Below the pieces are notes generated by a model that was not told where the DNA came from, did no database searches, and saw only the letters and a program-made list of their open reading frames with translations. DNA of 64,000 nt from an uncultured Rivularia sp. (GTDB lineage: Bacteria > Cyanobacteriota > Cyanobacteriia > Cyanobacteriales > Nostocaceae): assembly GCA_963665115.1 (NCBI GenBank), contig OY762007.1:6304001-6368000 (forward strand). The letters run 5' to 3'. Shown one piece after another: positions 19,985-31,800 of the stretch (positions are counted from its first letter, which is position 1; each line of letters begins with the position of its first letter). The position numbers were made by a program, and so were the translations under genes.

Positions 19985-22900
19985 TTAAAACTCCATCTCC
20001 TCTCTCTCCCCCTCAACATCACTCACAGAAACTTGAGTCAGCAAATTGATATCTATCCGCTCTGCTAATTCAGCAACAGTAGGAGCTTCAAACAAATCAA
20101 TTACAGTGATTTCAACATCAAATATCTTCAGCAACTGACCAATTAACTTGGTTGCTAATAAAGAATGTCCTCCTAATTCAAAGAAGTCATCTTCTACCCC
20201 TACTGTTTCTAGCTCAAGCACGCTGGTAAATATGTTAACTAACTTTTCTTCAGTCGGTGTCCGGGGTGCTACAAATGTTGATTCAGCGTTACCAAACCAA
20301 TCGGGAACAGGAAGGGATTTTGTATTAACTTTACCGTTGGGTGTGAGTGGTAAAGCATCTAGCATCACAAACGTAGCAGGAATCATGTAGTCTGCTAATT
20401 TTTCTTTTAACACACGACGTAATTCTGAAGATGTAGGAATTGTGGTTTTGCTTTCGGGAACGATATAAGCGACTAAGCGTTTGTCACCGGGGTTATCTTC
20501 TCGAACTATGATAAGGCTGGCTTGGATACCGGGATATTGATTTAGTAAAGCTTCGATTTCCCCGATTTCAATCCGAAAACCGCGAATTTTTACTTGATTA
20601 TCGATTCGACCAAATAATTTAATGCTACCGTCTGGGAGATAACAGGCTAAGTCTCCGGTTTTGTATAACCTCACCCCCATCCCCTCTCCTTGTAAAGGAG
20701 AAGGGTGTCCGAATTTCCCCTCTCCTTGATAAGGAGAGGGGTGTCCGCAAGGACGGGGTGAGGTTTTATCATTAAACGGATTAGGTATAAATTTTTCGGC
20801 TGTCAAATCTGGTCGATTCAAGTAACCTCGCGCTAAACCGACACCTGCGATGTGGAGTTCGCCAAGTACCCCGACTGGTAAGGGTTGTAGATTATTATCT
20901 AATATATAAAGTTGTTTGTTGGTACTCGAACGCAATACGGGTAAAATCGGATTTCCGTTGCCACACTCTACCATGCTGGCGTTGACGGTAACTTCTGTCG
21001 GGCCGTAAGCGTTAATAAATTTTCGTTTTTGCGACCATTTTGTTATTAACTCGGGGGATGGTGCTTCACCTCCAACTAATACCATTTTCAGGGCTGGTAA
21101 TTCTTCAACGGGTAAAGCTGATAATGCTGAAGGTGTAATGGTGATGTGAGTAACTTGTTTTTCTCGCAACAGTTTTAGTAAGGGAAGTCCGGGAATTACA
21201 TCTTCTAAGGATGCAAGACAAAGTTTAGCACCACTAGCTAATGCCATAATGATTTCTGGAATTGAAGCATCGAAACTAAATGAGAAGAATTGCAGTATAC
21301 AGCTATCGGAATCAACATCACAAACGCGGATTTTATCTTCTGTTAAATTAGTTAATCCCCGATGAGGAATAAGTACACCTTTGGGTTTTCCTGTCGAACC
21401 GGAGGTATAGATTAGATATGCGAGATTGTCGGTTGTGACTCCGCTTTGAGGATTTTGATAATCTGAACTACTATTATTATCTTCCCAAAAACTATCAAGA
21501 TTAATTAATATTTTCTGCATTTCTATCGGAATTATTCCGAATTCCTCTTCTTCCCTCTTCCTCAGCGTCCTCTGCGACTCTGCGGTTTTTTTATCTTTCC
21601 CAAGTTTGCTAGAGGGGGAATTAGTTGTAATCTGTTCGGCTACATCAGTAGTTTTCCCATGAGTCAATAATAAAGATATTTGAGCATCTTCGACCATAAA
21701 TGCTAATCTTTCTATAGGATATGCCGGATCGAGAGGAACATATGCACCACCGGCTTTGTGTATTGCAAGCATGGCAATAATAATTGCTGGAGAGCGTTGA
21801 ATGCAAATCCCGACTCGTACTTCTGGTGATACTCCTAAAGTTTGTAAATAATGAGCGAGTTGATTGCTGCGGTGATTTAATTCTTGATAGGTAAGTTGTT
21901 CGTTGTTATAGATTATTGCGATCGCATCACTGTTTTTTTCTACCTGGGCTTCAAATAGTTGATGGAAACATAAATCTTGAGAAAATTCTTTTTGCGTCTG
22001 ATTCCATTCCACCAAGATTTGCTGCTCTTCGCTGGGAGTTAGTAACGGTAAATCTCCTATACGCTGCGTTGGTTGATTCGCAATACCTTCTAACAACGTG
22101 CAGAAATGTCCAACCATCCGCTTAATAGTTGATTCTGCAAATAAATCAAGGTTATATTCAAATCCTCCCACTAATCCATCGGGAGTTTCGTACATATCCA
22201 AGCTTAAATCTAATTTGGCGCTAGCATTTACCTGTCCCAAAGAACTTAAAGTTAAACCCGGTATTTCTATTTTCTCTGCTGGTGGATTTTCTAATCTAAA
22301 TTTGATTTGAAACAAGGGGTTGTAGCTCAAATCTCGTTCTGGATGCAATTCTTCTACTAACTTCTCAAATGGTAAGTCTTGATGGTCGTAAGCACCCCAA
22401 GTTACTTGACGCACCCGCTGTAATACCTCTTGAAATGTCGGATTTCCATTTAAGTCAGTCCGTAACACCAAAGTATTAACAAAAAAGCCAATTAACCCTT
22501 CTAATTCAGCCCGATTCCGATTAGCGATGGGAGAAACCAACGATAATATCTGCTTGTCCGGTGTAGCGATAGAGCAGAACTTTGAATGCAGCCAGCAGAG
22601 TCATAAATAAGGTTGCTCCCTCAGAAGAAGCAATGCTTTTTAATTTATTGCTGAGTTCCGATGAAAGCTTAAACGAAACCGTATCACCTCGAAAACTTTG
22701 GACTCTAGAACGAGGAAAATCTGTAGGTAATTGAATTACTGGTAAAGTACCTCCTAGCTGTTGCTTCCAGTAGCCAAGCTGCGTTGCTAATACTTCCCCC
22801 TGCAACCATTGACGCTGCCAAACTGCAAAATCAGCATATTGAATTGATAATGGTTCTAAAGGAGACGAAATGCCCTGAGATAAAGCTGCATATAAAGTTG

Positions 22901-23570
22901 CAATTTCCTTTACTAAAACTTCCATTGACCAGCCATCAGAAATGATATGATGCATGGTTAGAAGTATAACTTTTTCAGTTGCTCCGAGTTCTAATAAAGT
23001 GACTCGTAAAAGCAAATCTTGTTCTAAATCAAAGGGTTTTTGAGCTTCCGCGATCGCAATTTGCTTAACTTTGATTTCTTGTTCTGCTTTTGGTATAAGT
23101 TGAAGATTAATTGGGTGTATAACTAATTCTTTATTCGGAGCAATAACTTGAATTAATTCTTCGTCAATAGTTTTAAAATTAGTGCGGAGAATTTCATGAC
23201 GTTGAATAATTGTATTAAGAACTTGTTGTAAAACTTCAACGTTTAATTCACCAGTAAGACGAACTGCTGTAGGAATATGATATACAGAACTACCTGGTTG
23301 CAGTTGTTCGAGAAACCATAGTCTTTGTTGAGCAAAAGATAAAGGTAATTTATTATTTCGTGAGGTAGTTGGGATGGAAGTAACTTTTTGATTAACTAAA
23401 TTTGCTTGTTTTAGAAAAGCGATAATTTCGGGTTTACGGGTTTGTAATTGAGCGGTAACTTCTGGTGTAAGAATGTCATCGGGAGCGCTACAACGTAATT
23501 TTGTGTCATCTTCGAGCCATAATTTCACGTCGAAGGTGTGGAGATGGGTGAGAAATTGTTCTATATTCAT
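19985..23570 (-). CDS. NRPS terminal module TubC_N-C(LCL)-A(aromatic?)-T; +1 frameshift at 22534-22536
   Basis: HHIISDGWS; corrected junction IIVGSPIANR; YTSGSTGKPKG, hand-read code DAPTLGAVNK; GGHSLL. Confidence 0.9.
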
Positions 23571-23686
23571 GAGATTTTTTTATAAACCGCAGAGGGCGCA
23601 GAGGGCGCAGAGGAAGAGTTTGTAGAGACGTTATATATAACGTCTCCCAAATTTTACTGAAAAAACAAACCAGTCAACACGAATTA

Positions 23687-24388
23687 TTATTCAATTTTCC
23701 AAGCTTTTTCTATCGCAATATATCCTTGAATATCGTACTCTTTTAATTGTTTTCTATTAAAAGGATAAAAATCATTTTCACCAAAGTAAGCTTCTGATAG
23801 TTCTGCAAAATACTCGGATTTATTTGTTAAAGCATAAGCATCTTTCGGTTTCTTACCGTGATTTTTAGGTACTTTTTTATATAAACCGGAATTTAGGGCA
23901 TGATTATAAGCATCAATAATTGGTTGAAAATCTTTACCAATAATTCTATCGTGATAAGCATGAGCTAGTTCGTGTAAGACGTGCCAAGGTTGGGTTTTTG
24001 TTCTGGAAATAAAATTGCGGATATTGCTAATTTCGACAGCTTTAGCTTTCTCTGGATTATAACCATGATTTCTCAACCATTTTGCAGAAGGATGGTAAAC
24101 CATTCCTGAAAAACCCTGAATATCTTTTTCCACCCAGATAGTCACGTTTTTGAGAAATTCATGGTGTTTTCGAGAAACAACACGCTCAACATTTTTTAAT
24201 TTTATATCGAGTAAAGCAATTGCGTCTTTGGTAATTTGTTTTTCTTCTTTCCAAAGTTTACGATTAATTTTAACTTTCCAGCCTTGAATATTTTTAGTTT
24301 CATATTCTGAGTTGCTAAATCCGCAACTGAATAGAAAAATTAAAATTAAAAAGCTGATTGAAGAAAATGCCAGCCAAAAAATCTTCAT
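23687..24388 (-). CDS. Exported zinc metallopeptidase-like protein (HEXXH), possible lipoprotein
   Basis: Signal MKIFWLAFSSISFLILIFLFSC; HVLHELAHAYH; EYFAELSEAYF. Confidence 0.75.
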   Translation of the reverse strand: MKIFWLAFSSISFLILIFLFSCGFSNSEYETKNIQGWKVKINRKLWKEEKQITKDAIALLDIKLKNVERVVSRKHHEFLKNVTIWVEKDIQGFSGMVYHPSAKWLRNHGYNPEKAKAVEISNIRNFISRTKTQPWHVLHELAHAYHDRIIGKDFQPIIDAYNHALNSGLYKKVPKNHGKKPKDAYALTNKSEYFAELSEAYFGENDFYPFNRKQLKEYDIQGYIAIEKAWKIE

Positions 24389-24392
24389 TTTC

Positions 24393-25304
24393 TTATCGTC
24401 TCAACCAACCATTCAGCGTAAAACGACTAGCTTTAAATTCATTTGAAGAACACGAAATCGGTAAAACTTCATGTTTACAGCGGCTGTTGAAGAAAATAAT
24501 ACTATTATTACGAGGTTCTATGACTTGACTATTTTCTTTTTGAATCACCTTTTTACCCTGCACTTCTGTATCATATATTTTTAATTCACCACCCGTAAAT
24601 TGTTTCGGCTCTTGATAAAAATAATAGACATAAGTTAATTCCCTCGTTTTAGTTTTTTCGCTTCCTGCATCGGTATGAGCTTTATAAAAAGCACCATCAT
24701 TATGAGCCGTCATCTGCATTTCTACATGAGAAACCGAAAACTCTGGATGTTTTAACTGATTTATAAGAGATGGAAATGTTTCTAAAAGTTTACTTTTTAT
24801 TAAATAATAAACTTCTGAAAACTCCTTTCCTGGTAAAATCAATGATTGACGATAATTTTCGGTATTAGTAACGGTTCTAGAATCTTGGAATTTTGATTCT
24901 TTTTTAAAGGCTGTATCTATAACTTTTTGATATTCTTCTTCAGGTAAAAAGTTGTCTATTTGTAAATAAGTAGCTGGGAAAAGTTTATATTCTATCTGAG
25001 ATGTATTTCCATTATTTATGGGAAATCTGGCAATTTTTGCTGGTTCGGAATTTTTTACCGTAAGTGGTAATTTATTATTTTTGGTTTCGGTTACTTTTAC
25101 TTGCTCGCTTTTATCTGAATAATTAGCAATTTGTAAAATTTTTAAAGCAATTTCTGCTCTTTCTGACGGAGAAATTTTTGTATCGTCAAGAATTTTTTCT
25201 AAGGTTTGTTGAGATTTGATAGCCAGAGAATTAATTATATTAGATATTTCTGCGTTCTTAAATTCGGTTTCTGCTTGGTTATGACTCTGTTTGTTGTTTA
25301 ACAT
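24393..25304 (-). CDS. 2-oxoglutarate/Fe(II) oxygenase (prolyl-hydroxylase-like)
   Basis: KAHTD...LTYVYYF...FTGGEL...KHEVLP...RFTLNGW (HxD...H...R). Confidence 0.88.
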   Translation of the reverse strand: MLNNKQSHNQAETEFKNAEISNIINSLAIKSQQTLEKILDDTKISPSERAEIALKILQIANYSDKSEQVKVTETKNNKLPLTVKNSEPAKIARFPINNGNTSQIEYKLFPATYLQIDNFLPEEEYQKVIDTAFKKESKFQDSRTVTNTENYRQSLILPGKEFSEVYYLIKSKLLETFPSLINQLKHPEFSVSHVEMQMTAHNDGAFYKAHTDAGSEKTKTRELTYVYYFYQEPKQFTGGELKIYDTEVQGKKVIQKENSQVIEPRNNSIIFFNSRCKHEVLPISCSSNEFKASRFTLNGWLRR

Positions 25305-25338
25305 TATTAATAATAATTCTTGATTATTTTACATAATA

Positions 25339-28300
25339 TTACAATTCAATTTCTTTACGCCCTGTGGTTGGGGTGTTGGGGTTTTTCATTGATTGTATGG
25401 TGATTTGTAAGGCTTGGATATGTTCGGCGATCGCCACAATTGTCGGTTTCTCAAAAATGCTTCTCAACGGTAAATCTAGCTCAAAGGTTTGCCGTAAACG
25501 GGAGTTTATCCGAGTCGCTAAAAGCGAGTTACCACCTAAATCAAAGAAGTTATCGTAAATTCCAACTTGCTCTAGTTTTAAAACTTCCTTCCAGATGGTA
25601 GCAATGGCTTCTTCGCTAGAGTTACGCGGTGGCACCCTGTGGAGTAATTTTACACCTATTTCATCCACTGCGAGCAAAGAACGTCTATCGATTTTACCGT
25701 TGGATGTCAGTGGTATGGATTCCAAAATTACAAATGCAGAAGGTACCATATAACTAGGTAACTTTGCTTCTAAGAAAGAGCGCAAAAAAGTTTTTAGTTC
25801 ATCCGTTGCATCCGTTGCTGTTTCTGCTTGAATAGGAACAACATAAGCAACAAGACGTGAATTATTGTTTTGATTTTGGCTTTGATATTCTTTCGCAATA
25901 ACTACAGCAGTTTTAACTTCCGGGTGTTGCAACAATACAGCTTCAATTTCCCCTAGCTCAATCCGGAAACCGCGAATCTTCACCTGATAGTCAATCCTTC
26001 CTAGAAATTCTATGTTCCCATCGGGTAAATAACGTGCTTTATCTCCGGTTTTATAAAGAGCGGAGGGGGCAGAGGGGGTAGAGGGGGTAGAGGGGGTAGA
26101 AAATGGATTTGGTATAAATCTTTCTGCGGTTAAATCGGGACGCTTAAGATACCCGCGTGCTAAACCATCACCCCCGATGTATAATTCTCCCGCGACTCCA
26201 ATGGGAACCTGACGCAGGTGAGAATCGAGAATGTAAATTTGGGTATTGTGGATGGGAGTACCAATGGGGAGAGTGTGAGAGGGGGAAGAGGGGGAAGAGG
26301 GGGAAGAGGGGGAAGAGGGGGAAGAGGGGGAAGAGGGGGAAGAGGGGGAAGAGGGGGAAGAGGGGGAAGAGGGGGAAGAGGGGGAAGTAATTTCTTTTTC
26401 AACCTTCAATTCTCCTTGTCCCTTTGTCTCCTTGTCCCCTTGTCGTCTTCCAATTCCCCATGCCGTCACATCAATTGCGGCTTCTGTGGGGCCGTAAAGG
26501 TTATGTAGTTGAGCATCAAGACGATTAAAGAAACGGTTTTGTAATTCAATTGTCAATGCTTCACCGCTACAAATAACCTGCTTAAGAGATTTACACGATT
26601 CTAATTGTGGCTCTTCCAGAAAAGCTCCGAGCATAGAAGGAACAAAATGCACTGTGGTAATTTGTTGCTCTTTAATTAAATTTACTAAATATCCACTGTC
26701 TTTGTGTCCTCCCGGTTTGGCTATTATTAAAGTTGAACCAAATAATAATGTCCAGAAAAATTCCCAAACCGAAACGTCAAAACTAAAAGGTGTTTTTTGC
26801 AAAACTCGGTCATCGGCTGTGAGTTGATAGGTTTGCTGCATCCACCACAGCCGATTTACTAAGCCGCGATGGGTGTTGATTACTCCTTTTGGTTTTCCCG
26901 TTGAACCTGATGTATAAATTACGTAAATGCTGTTTGCTAAACTTGTGGTATTTACTGAATTAATTTCAGGTAATTGAGCAGCATATGATAGAATTTCTGT
27001 AATTTTTTCTTGAGTTAAAACCGTTTTTACTTGAGTTTCTTCCTTTATAAAATCTAATCGTTGTTGGGGATATTCTGGATCGAGGGGGACATAAGCACCA
27101 CCCGCTTTCAAGATAGCAAGGATACCAATTACCATTTCTAAAGAGCGCTCTAAACTGATACCAACTAAAACTTCTGGTTTTACTCCGATGCTTCGTAGAT
27201 AATGCGCTAATTGATTGGCTTTAGTATTAAGCTCTTGATAGGTAAGCTTTTCATCCTCAAAAATTACCGCAGTTGCATTCTTATTACGCTCAACTTGTGC
27301 TGCAAATAATTCGTGGATGCATTGCTGCGGATATTCAGCTTCAGTTGAATTCCACTCTGCTAATAACTGCTGTTGTGCATCTGTGAATACGGGCAATTCT
27401 ATCAAAGATTGTTGGGGATTATTCGCAATATTTTCTAAAAGAGTATAGAAACTCACGAATAAATTAGTAATTGTTAAATCATCGAAGCGTTGTGAATCAT
27501 ATTTAATTTTAAAATTAAGTTCATTCGCTGCTGAAACCAGCATTGTCAAAGGAAAACTTGTCCATTCTAAGGAATTTACTTTTTCAATTTTTAGTTCATT
27601 TTGAGACTTTAATAATGAAGCATCAACTGGATAATTTTCAAATACTAAAATATGCTCAAACAGCGTTGAACCTCGGGGAATTTCGCTCCAGCTTTGAATT
27701 TCTAATAAGGGACTATATTCGTACTGTAATGCTTCTATTTGTTGAGTTTGCAGTTGTTGTAACCAGGTAATTAATGATGCTTGGGGGTCAATTTGTACTC
27801 GTACTGGTAGAGTATTGATAAATAATCCTACCATTGCTTCAGACCCAGAAAGTGTAGCCGGACGACCGGAACTTGTAGCACCAAAAACGATATCATCTTG
27901 ATTGCAATACCGACTCAAAAGAATAGCAAAAGCCCCTTGAATCAAAGTGTTGAGAGTAAATTGATGGTTTTTGGCTAAATTTTTGAGAGTAGTAGTGATG
28001 CTTGCTGGTAAAGAGATTTCCTTTTCAGTCCAATTAGTTTTTGTCGAATTTGACGACGATTGTTTAACTTGCACCATATTTGGTGTAGTAAATCCCTGAA
28101 GTTGAGTTTTCCAAAATGTCTTTGCTGCTGATAAATCTTGCTGTCCCAACCAAGCAATATATTCAGCATAAGGACGACTATTATAAATTGGTAAATCTGC
28201 ACCGTTGTGAAATACTTGATATAGCCCAAAAACTTCTTTGAGAACTAATCCTGCTGACCAACCATCGATAATTAAATGGTGTTGCGTCCAAACAAATTGA

Positions 28301-28710
28301 TAGCGAGTTTCTGTTAGTTGAATTAAATTTATACGGAATAAAGGCGGAATTTTGAGGTCAAATCTCTGCTTTCTATCCTCTTCCAGAAAATCCTCTAACT
28401 TTTGCTGTTGTTCTGATATTGAAAATTCTCGCCAATCCTGCTGTTGCCAAGGTAATTCTAAAACTTTATATACTACCTGAAAAGCTTCGTCTCTTTTTTC
28501 CCAACGAAAAGCCGTGCGTAATATAGAATGTCGTCTAAATACTTCTGACCAAGCTTTTTGAAAAGCAATTACATCTGTTAACCCATCAACAGTAATACAA
28601 ACCTGCGGTACATAAGCACCAGCTTCCGGCGCAAGCAAGCTGTGAAATAGTATACCTTGCTGCATCGGTGAAAGGGGATATATATTTTCAATATTTTTTT
28701 GTTTATTCAT
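25339..28710 (-). CDS. NRPS module C(DCL)-A(Ser)-T
   Basis: IENIYPLSPMQQGILFH and WTQHHLIIDGWS (DCL type); code DVWHISLIDK (Ser); GGNSLL. Confidence 0.92.
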   Translation of the reverse strand: MNKQKNIENIYPLSPMQQGILFHSLLAPEAGAYVPQVCITVDGLTDVIAFQKAWSEVFRRHSILRTAFRWEKRDEAFQVVYKVLELPWQQQDWREFSISEQQQKLEDFLEEDRKQRFDLKIPPLFRINLIQLTETRYQFVWTQHHLIIDGWSAGLVLKEVFGLYQVFHNGADLPIYNSRPYAEYIAWLGQQDLSAAKTFWKTQLQGFTTPNMVQVKQSSSNSTKTNWTEKEISLPASITTTLKNLAKNHQFTLNTLIQGAFAILLSRYCNQDDIVFGATSSGRPATLSGSEAMVGLFINTLPVRVQIDPQASLITWLQQLQTQQIEALQYEYSPLLEIQSWSEIPRGSTLFEHILVFENYPVDASLLKSQNELKIEKVNSLEWTSFPLTMLVSAANELNFKIKYDSQRFDDLTITNLFVSFYTLLENIANNPQQSLIELPVFTDAQQQLLAEWNSTEAEYPQQCIHELFAAQVERNKNATAVIFEDEKLTYQELNTKANQLAHYLRSIGVKPEVLVGISLERSLEMVIGILAILKAGGAYVPLDPEYPQQRLDFIKEETQVKTVLTQEKITEILSYAAQLPEINSVNTTSLANSIYVIYTSGSTGKPKGVINTHRGLVNRLWWMQQTYQLTADDRVLQKTPFSFDVSVWEFFWTLLFGSTLIIAKPGGHKDSGYLVNLIKEQQITTVHFVPSMLGAFLEEPQLESCKSLKQVICSGEALTIELQNRFFNRLDAQLHNLYGPTEAAIDVTAWGIGRRQGDKETKGQGELKVEKEITSPSSPSSPSSPSSPSSPSSPSSPSSPSSPSSPSSPSHTLPIGTPIHNTQIYILDSHLRQVPIGVAGELYIGGDGLARGYLKRPDLTAERFIPNPFSTPSTPSTPSAPSALYKTGDKARYLPDGNIEFLGRIDYQVKIRGFRIELGEIEAVLLQHPEVKTAVVIAKEYQSQNQNNNSRLVAYVVPIQAETATDATDELKTFLRSFLEAKLPSYMVPSAFVILESIPLTSNGKIDRRSLLAVDEIGVKLLHRVPPRNSSEEAIATIWKEVLKLEQVGIYDNFFDLGGNSLLATRINSRLRQTFELDLPLRSIFEKPTIVAIAEHIQALQITIQSMKNPNTPTTGRKEIEL
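26279..26386. repeat. 12 perfect copies of the 9-mer GAGGGGGAA inside the Ser A domain, encoding (SPS)12
   Basis: Read directly; 108 bp, in frame. Confidence 0.9.
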
Positions 28711-28856
28711 TTTAAATAAGGGAATAGGGAATAGGGAATAGGGAATAATAATAAATAAAGCTTAAAGGTCAAAGGTAAAGAGTTAGGAGTTAGGAGTTAG
28801 GAGTTAGGAATTATCTTCCCCTTGTCTTCTTATCTTCCCATGCCCCATTCCCTCTT

Positions 28857-31800
28857 CTACAAATCCTCCAAAATATCATCCAATTCATCTTGACTCAACT
28901 GCATTTGCGAAAAGTCGGAAGGTGTATATCCCCCAATTTCATTACTACAAATTTGAATCAGATTTCGCAAAGCCATCATATACTCTTCCGTAACATTAAT
29001 AATCGAGCTTCGACGATGAACTGCTGTGGAATAAATCCAGTCAATCCGTAATTGACCTGCGCTAATTATCCCATTAATTTCTAGTAAAATATCTCGATTC
29101 CCGCGTTTGCTACGAGCTGCACCTGTAGATTCTTTTGCAGGTTTTACAAAAGTTGATTCTGCGAAAACTCCATCAACTTGACCTAAATAATTAAATCGGA
29201 TTTGTGGAGAAATTGCGCTCAGTTGCGTTTGTATTTCTTGATTACCCAAATATCGCAAAATACCGTAATCAATTCCTCGGTTGGGAATTTGGCGTAGTTG
29301 TTCTTTAATATTTTTAAGATTAGAGATTGCATCTTTTGTTTCACGCAAATCCAGCCAAACTGGAAACATTGTAGTAAACCAACCTACGGTACGAGATATA
29401 TCGACTTCGTTAAATAAATCTTCTCTTCCGTGTGCTTCTAAATCAATTAATAAACGTTTTTCACCCGTCCACTTTTCAAAGGTTTGTATTAGTGCTGTTA
29501 ACAATACATCATTAATTTGGGTTTGGTATGCTGCGGGTACTTGCTGTAATAAAGCTTGTGTTTCTTCTACGCTAAAAGTAATTGAAACTGTATCTGTAGT
29601 CTCAACAGTATTATTTCCTTGGGGATAATCTATTGGTAAGGAAATTTCTGGAATTGGACAGATACTTTGCCAGTATTCTATTATTTGTTCCGGTATTTGT
29701 AGAGCATAATTATGTAGAGATTGAGCATAGTCTTTAAAAGATGTAGTTTTCGGTGGTAGTTGGATTTGTTGATTTGAATTTAAACCAGAACTTAATTGTT
29801 CAAAAGCTGTTTGTAAATCAGATAAAAGAATTCGCCAAGATATTCCATCGATAACTAAATGGTGAATTACAAACAGCAAGCGATTGGAATTATTCTTATC
29901 TAATTTAAAAAATGCTACACGAACTAATTCAGTTGCAAGATTAAGGCTGGTTTGTAATTGGGTTGCTGTTTTAGTTATTGTTGATTGTTGCTGTTCTTCA
30001 TTTAAAGCTGATAAATCAAATTGCAATAACGGAGTTTGTTTATTTATATAATTATCTACATCGGCATTAATTTCTTTTAACCCAGATTCTGTATTCTGAA
30101 ACTGCAAACGCAATGCGTCATGATGTGTTAAAAGTTTCTGTATACTTTGCTCAATCCATGCAAACGGAATTGATTTATCCACTTCAAGCATTATTGATTG
30201 ATTCCAGTGATAGGAATCCGCAAGATTTTGAGCAAAAAACCAATTTTGAATCGGTGTTAACGGTACAATTCCCGTAACCTTTCCTTGCTCTGCATTTACA
30301 GAAACAGTATCGGCAACTGCTGCTAACTCCGCAATAGTTTGATGTTGAAACAATTGCTTGGGTAAGAAACGCAAACCAGCTTGACTAGCTTTAGCAATTA
30401 CTTGTATTGCTAAAATTGAATCACCACCCAACTCAAAGAAATTATCGTGAATTCCTACCGATTCAATACCAAGTAACTGACTCCAAATTTTTACTAGTAG
30501 TTGTTCTTGTCTCGTTCTTGGTTTTGCATTATTCTTATTATCTTGATGCTGATTTTTTAATTTATTTTGATAATTATCTGGTTCCGGAAGAGCGCGACGA
30601 TTAATTTTACCATTGGGAGTTAATGGCATTTCTGGCAACATCATAAAGATAGCCGGAATCATGTAATCGGGAAGTTTGTTTTGGATAAATTGTCGTAATT
30701 GAGTTGAAAAATTATCTTGATTGACTGAATTTTTTAAAACAAAATAAGCAACTAAACGTTTATTTCCCGATTTATCTTCCCAAACTTTAGTAACAGCTTG
30801 ATGAATTTCCGGATGTTGACTCAAAGCGCTTTCAACTTCTCCTAATTCAATCCGGAAACCGCGAAGTTTAACTTGATTATCAAAGCGTCCAAGGTATTCA
30901 ATCTTGCCATCAGGTAAGTAACGTGCTTTATCGCCGGTTTTGTATAGTTTGGTAATGGGTAATGGGTAATTGGTAATGGGTAATTGGGCTTTCTTCTCTC
31001 TTCCTTCTTCCTCAGCGCTCTCTGCGTCTCTGCGGTTTTTTAATCCATCACCTTTCGCAGAAACATAATTAAACGGATTAGGAATTAATTTTTCTGCGGT
31101 TAATTCTGATTTATTGAGATATCCGCGCATTAAACCATCACCCCCAAGGTACAATTCACCGGGAATACCTACAGGAACTAGTTGTAAATAACTATCAAGA
31201 ATGTAGGTTTGGGTATTGGCGATCGCACTTCCGATGGGAGGAGATTGGTAATTGGTAATTGATAATTGGTAATTGATAATTGATTCTTGTCCCCCAACTA
31301 AAGCATATGTCGAATACGTCGTATCTTCACTCGGCCCGTAAAGGTTATAAATATTTTGAATCTGAGGATGTTGTTCAAGCTGCTCTACTAAACTTTGTTG
31401 TAAAGCTTCTCCGGCTAAATTAATTGTATTAACTGAATTGGGAATGGCTTTTAGTTGGGATAATTGCGCGATCGCACTTGGCACTGTATTAATTAAAGTA
31501 ACCGAATCTGCTGTATTCAGGTAGGGAAGTTGTAAAGCATTTTCTGCGATAATTACTTTTCCACCCCAAGATAAAGGTACAAATAATTCAAACACAGATA
31601 AATCAAAACAAATGGAAGTTGATGCGAGTACTCCTGAAAGTTGTGTATTGTTGAAGACATCCCGCGACCAGTGAATCAAGGTTGTAGCGCTACGATGGGT
31701 AATTGCGACACCTTTGGGTTTTCCAGTGGAGCCTGATGTGTAGATGATATAAGCAAGGTTTTGGGGGGTCTACTTTTACATTAATATTGGCTGTGCTTTC

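Noticed and set aside
26157..26508. ORFs with RGK, PPL or GGR repeats
   Set aside because: Alternative frames of the 9-bp microsatellite inside the Ser NRPS gene
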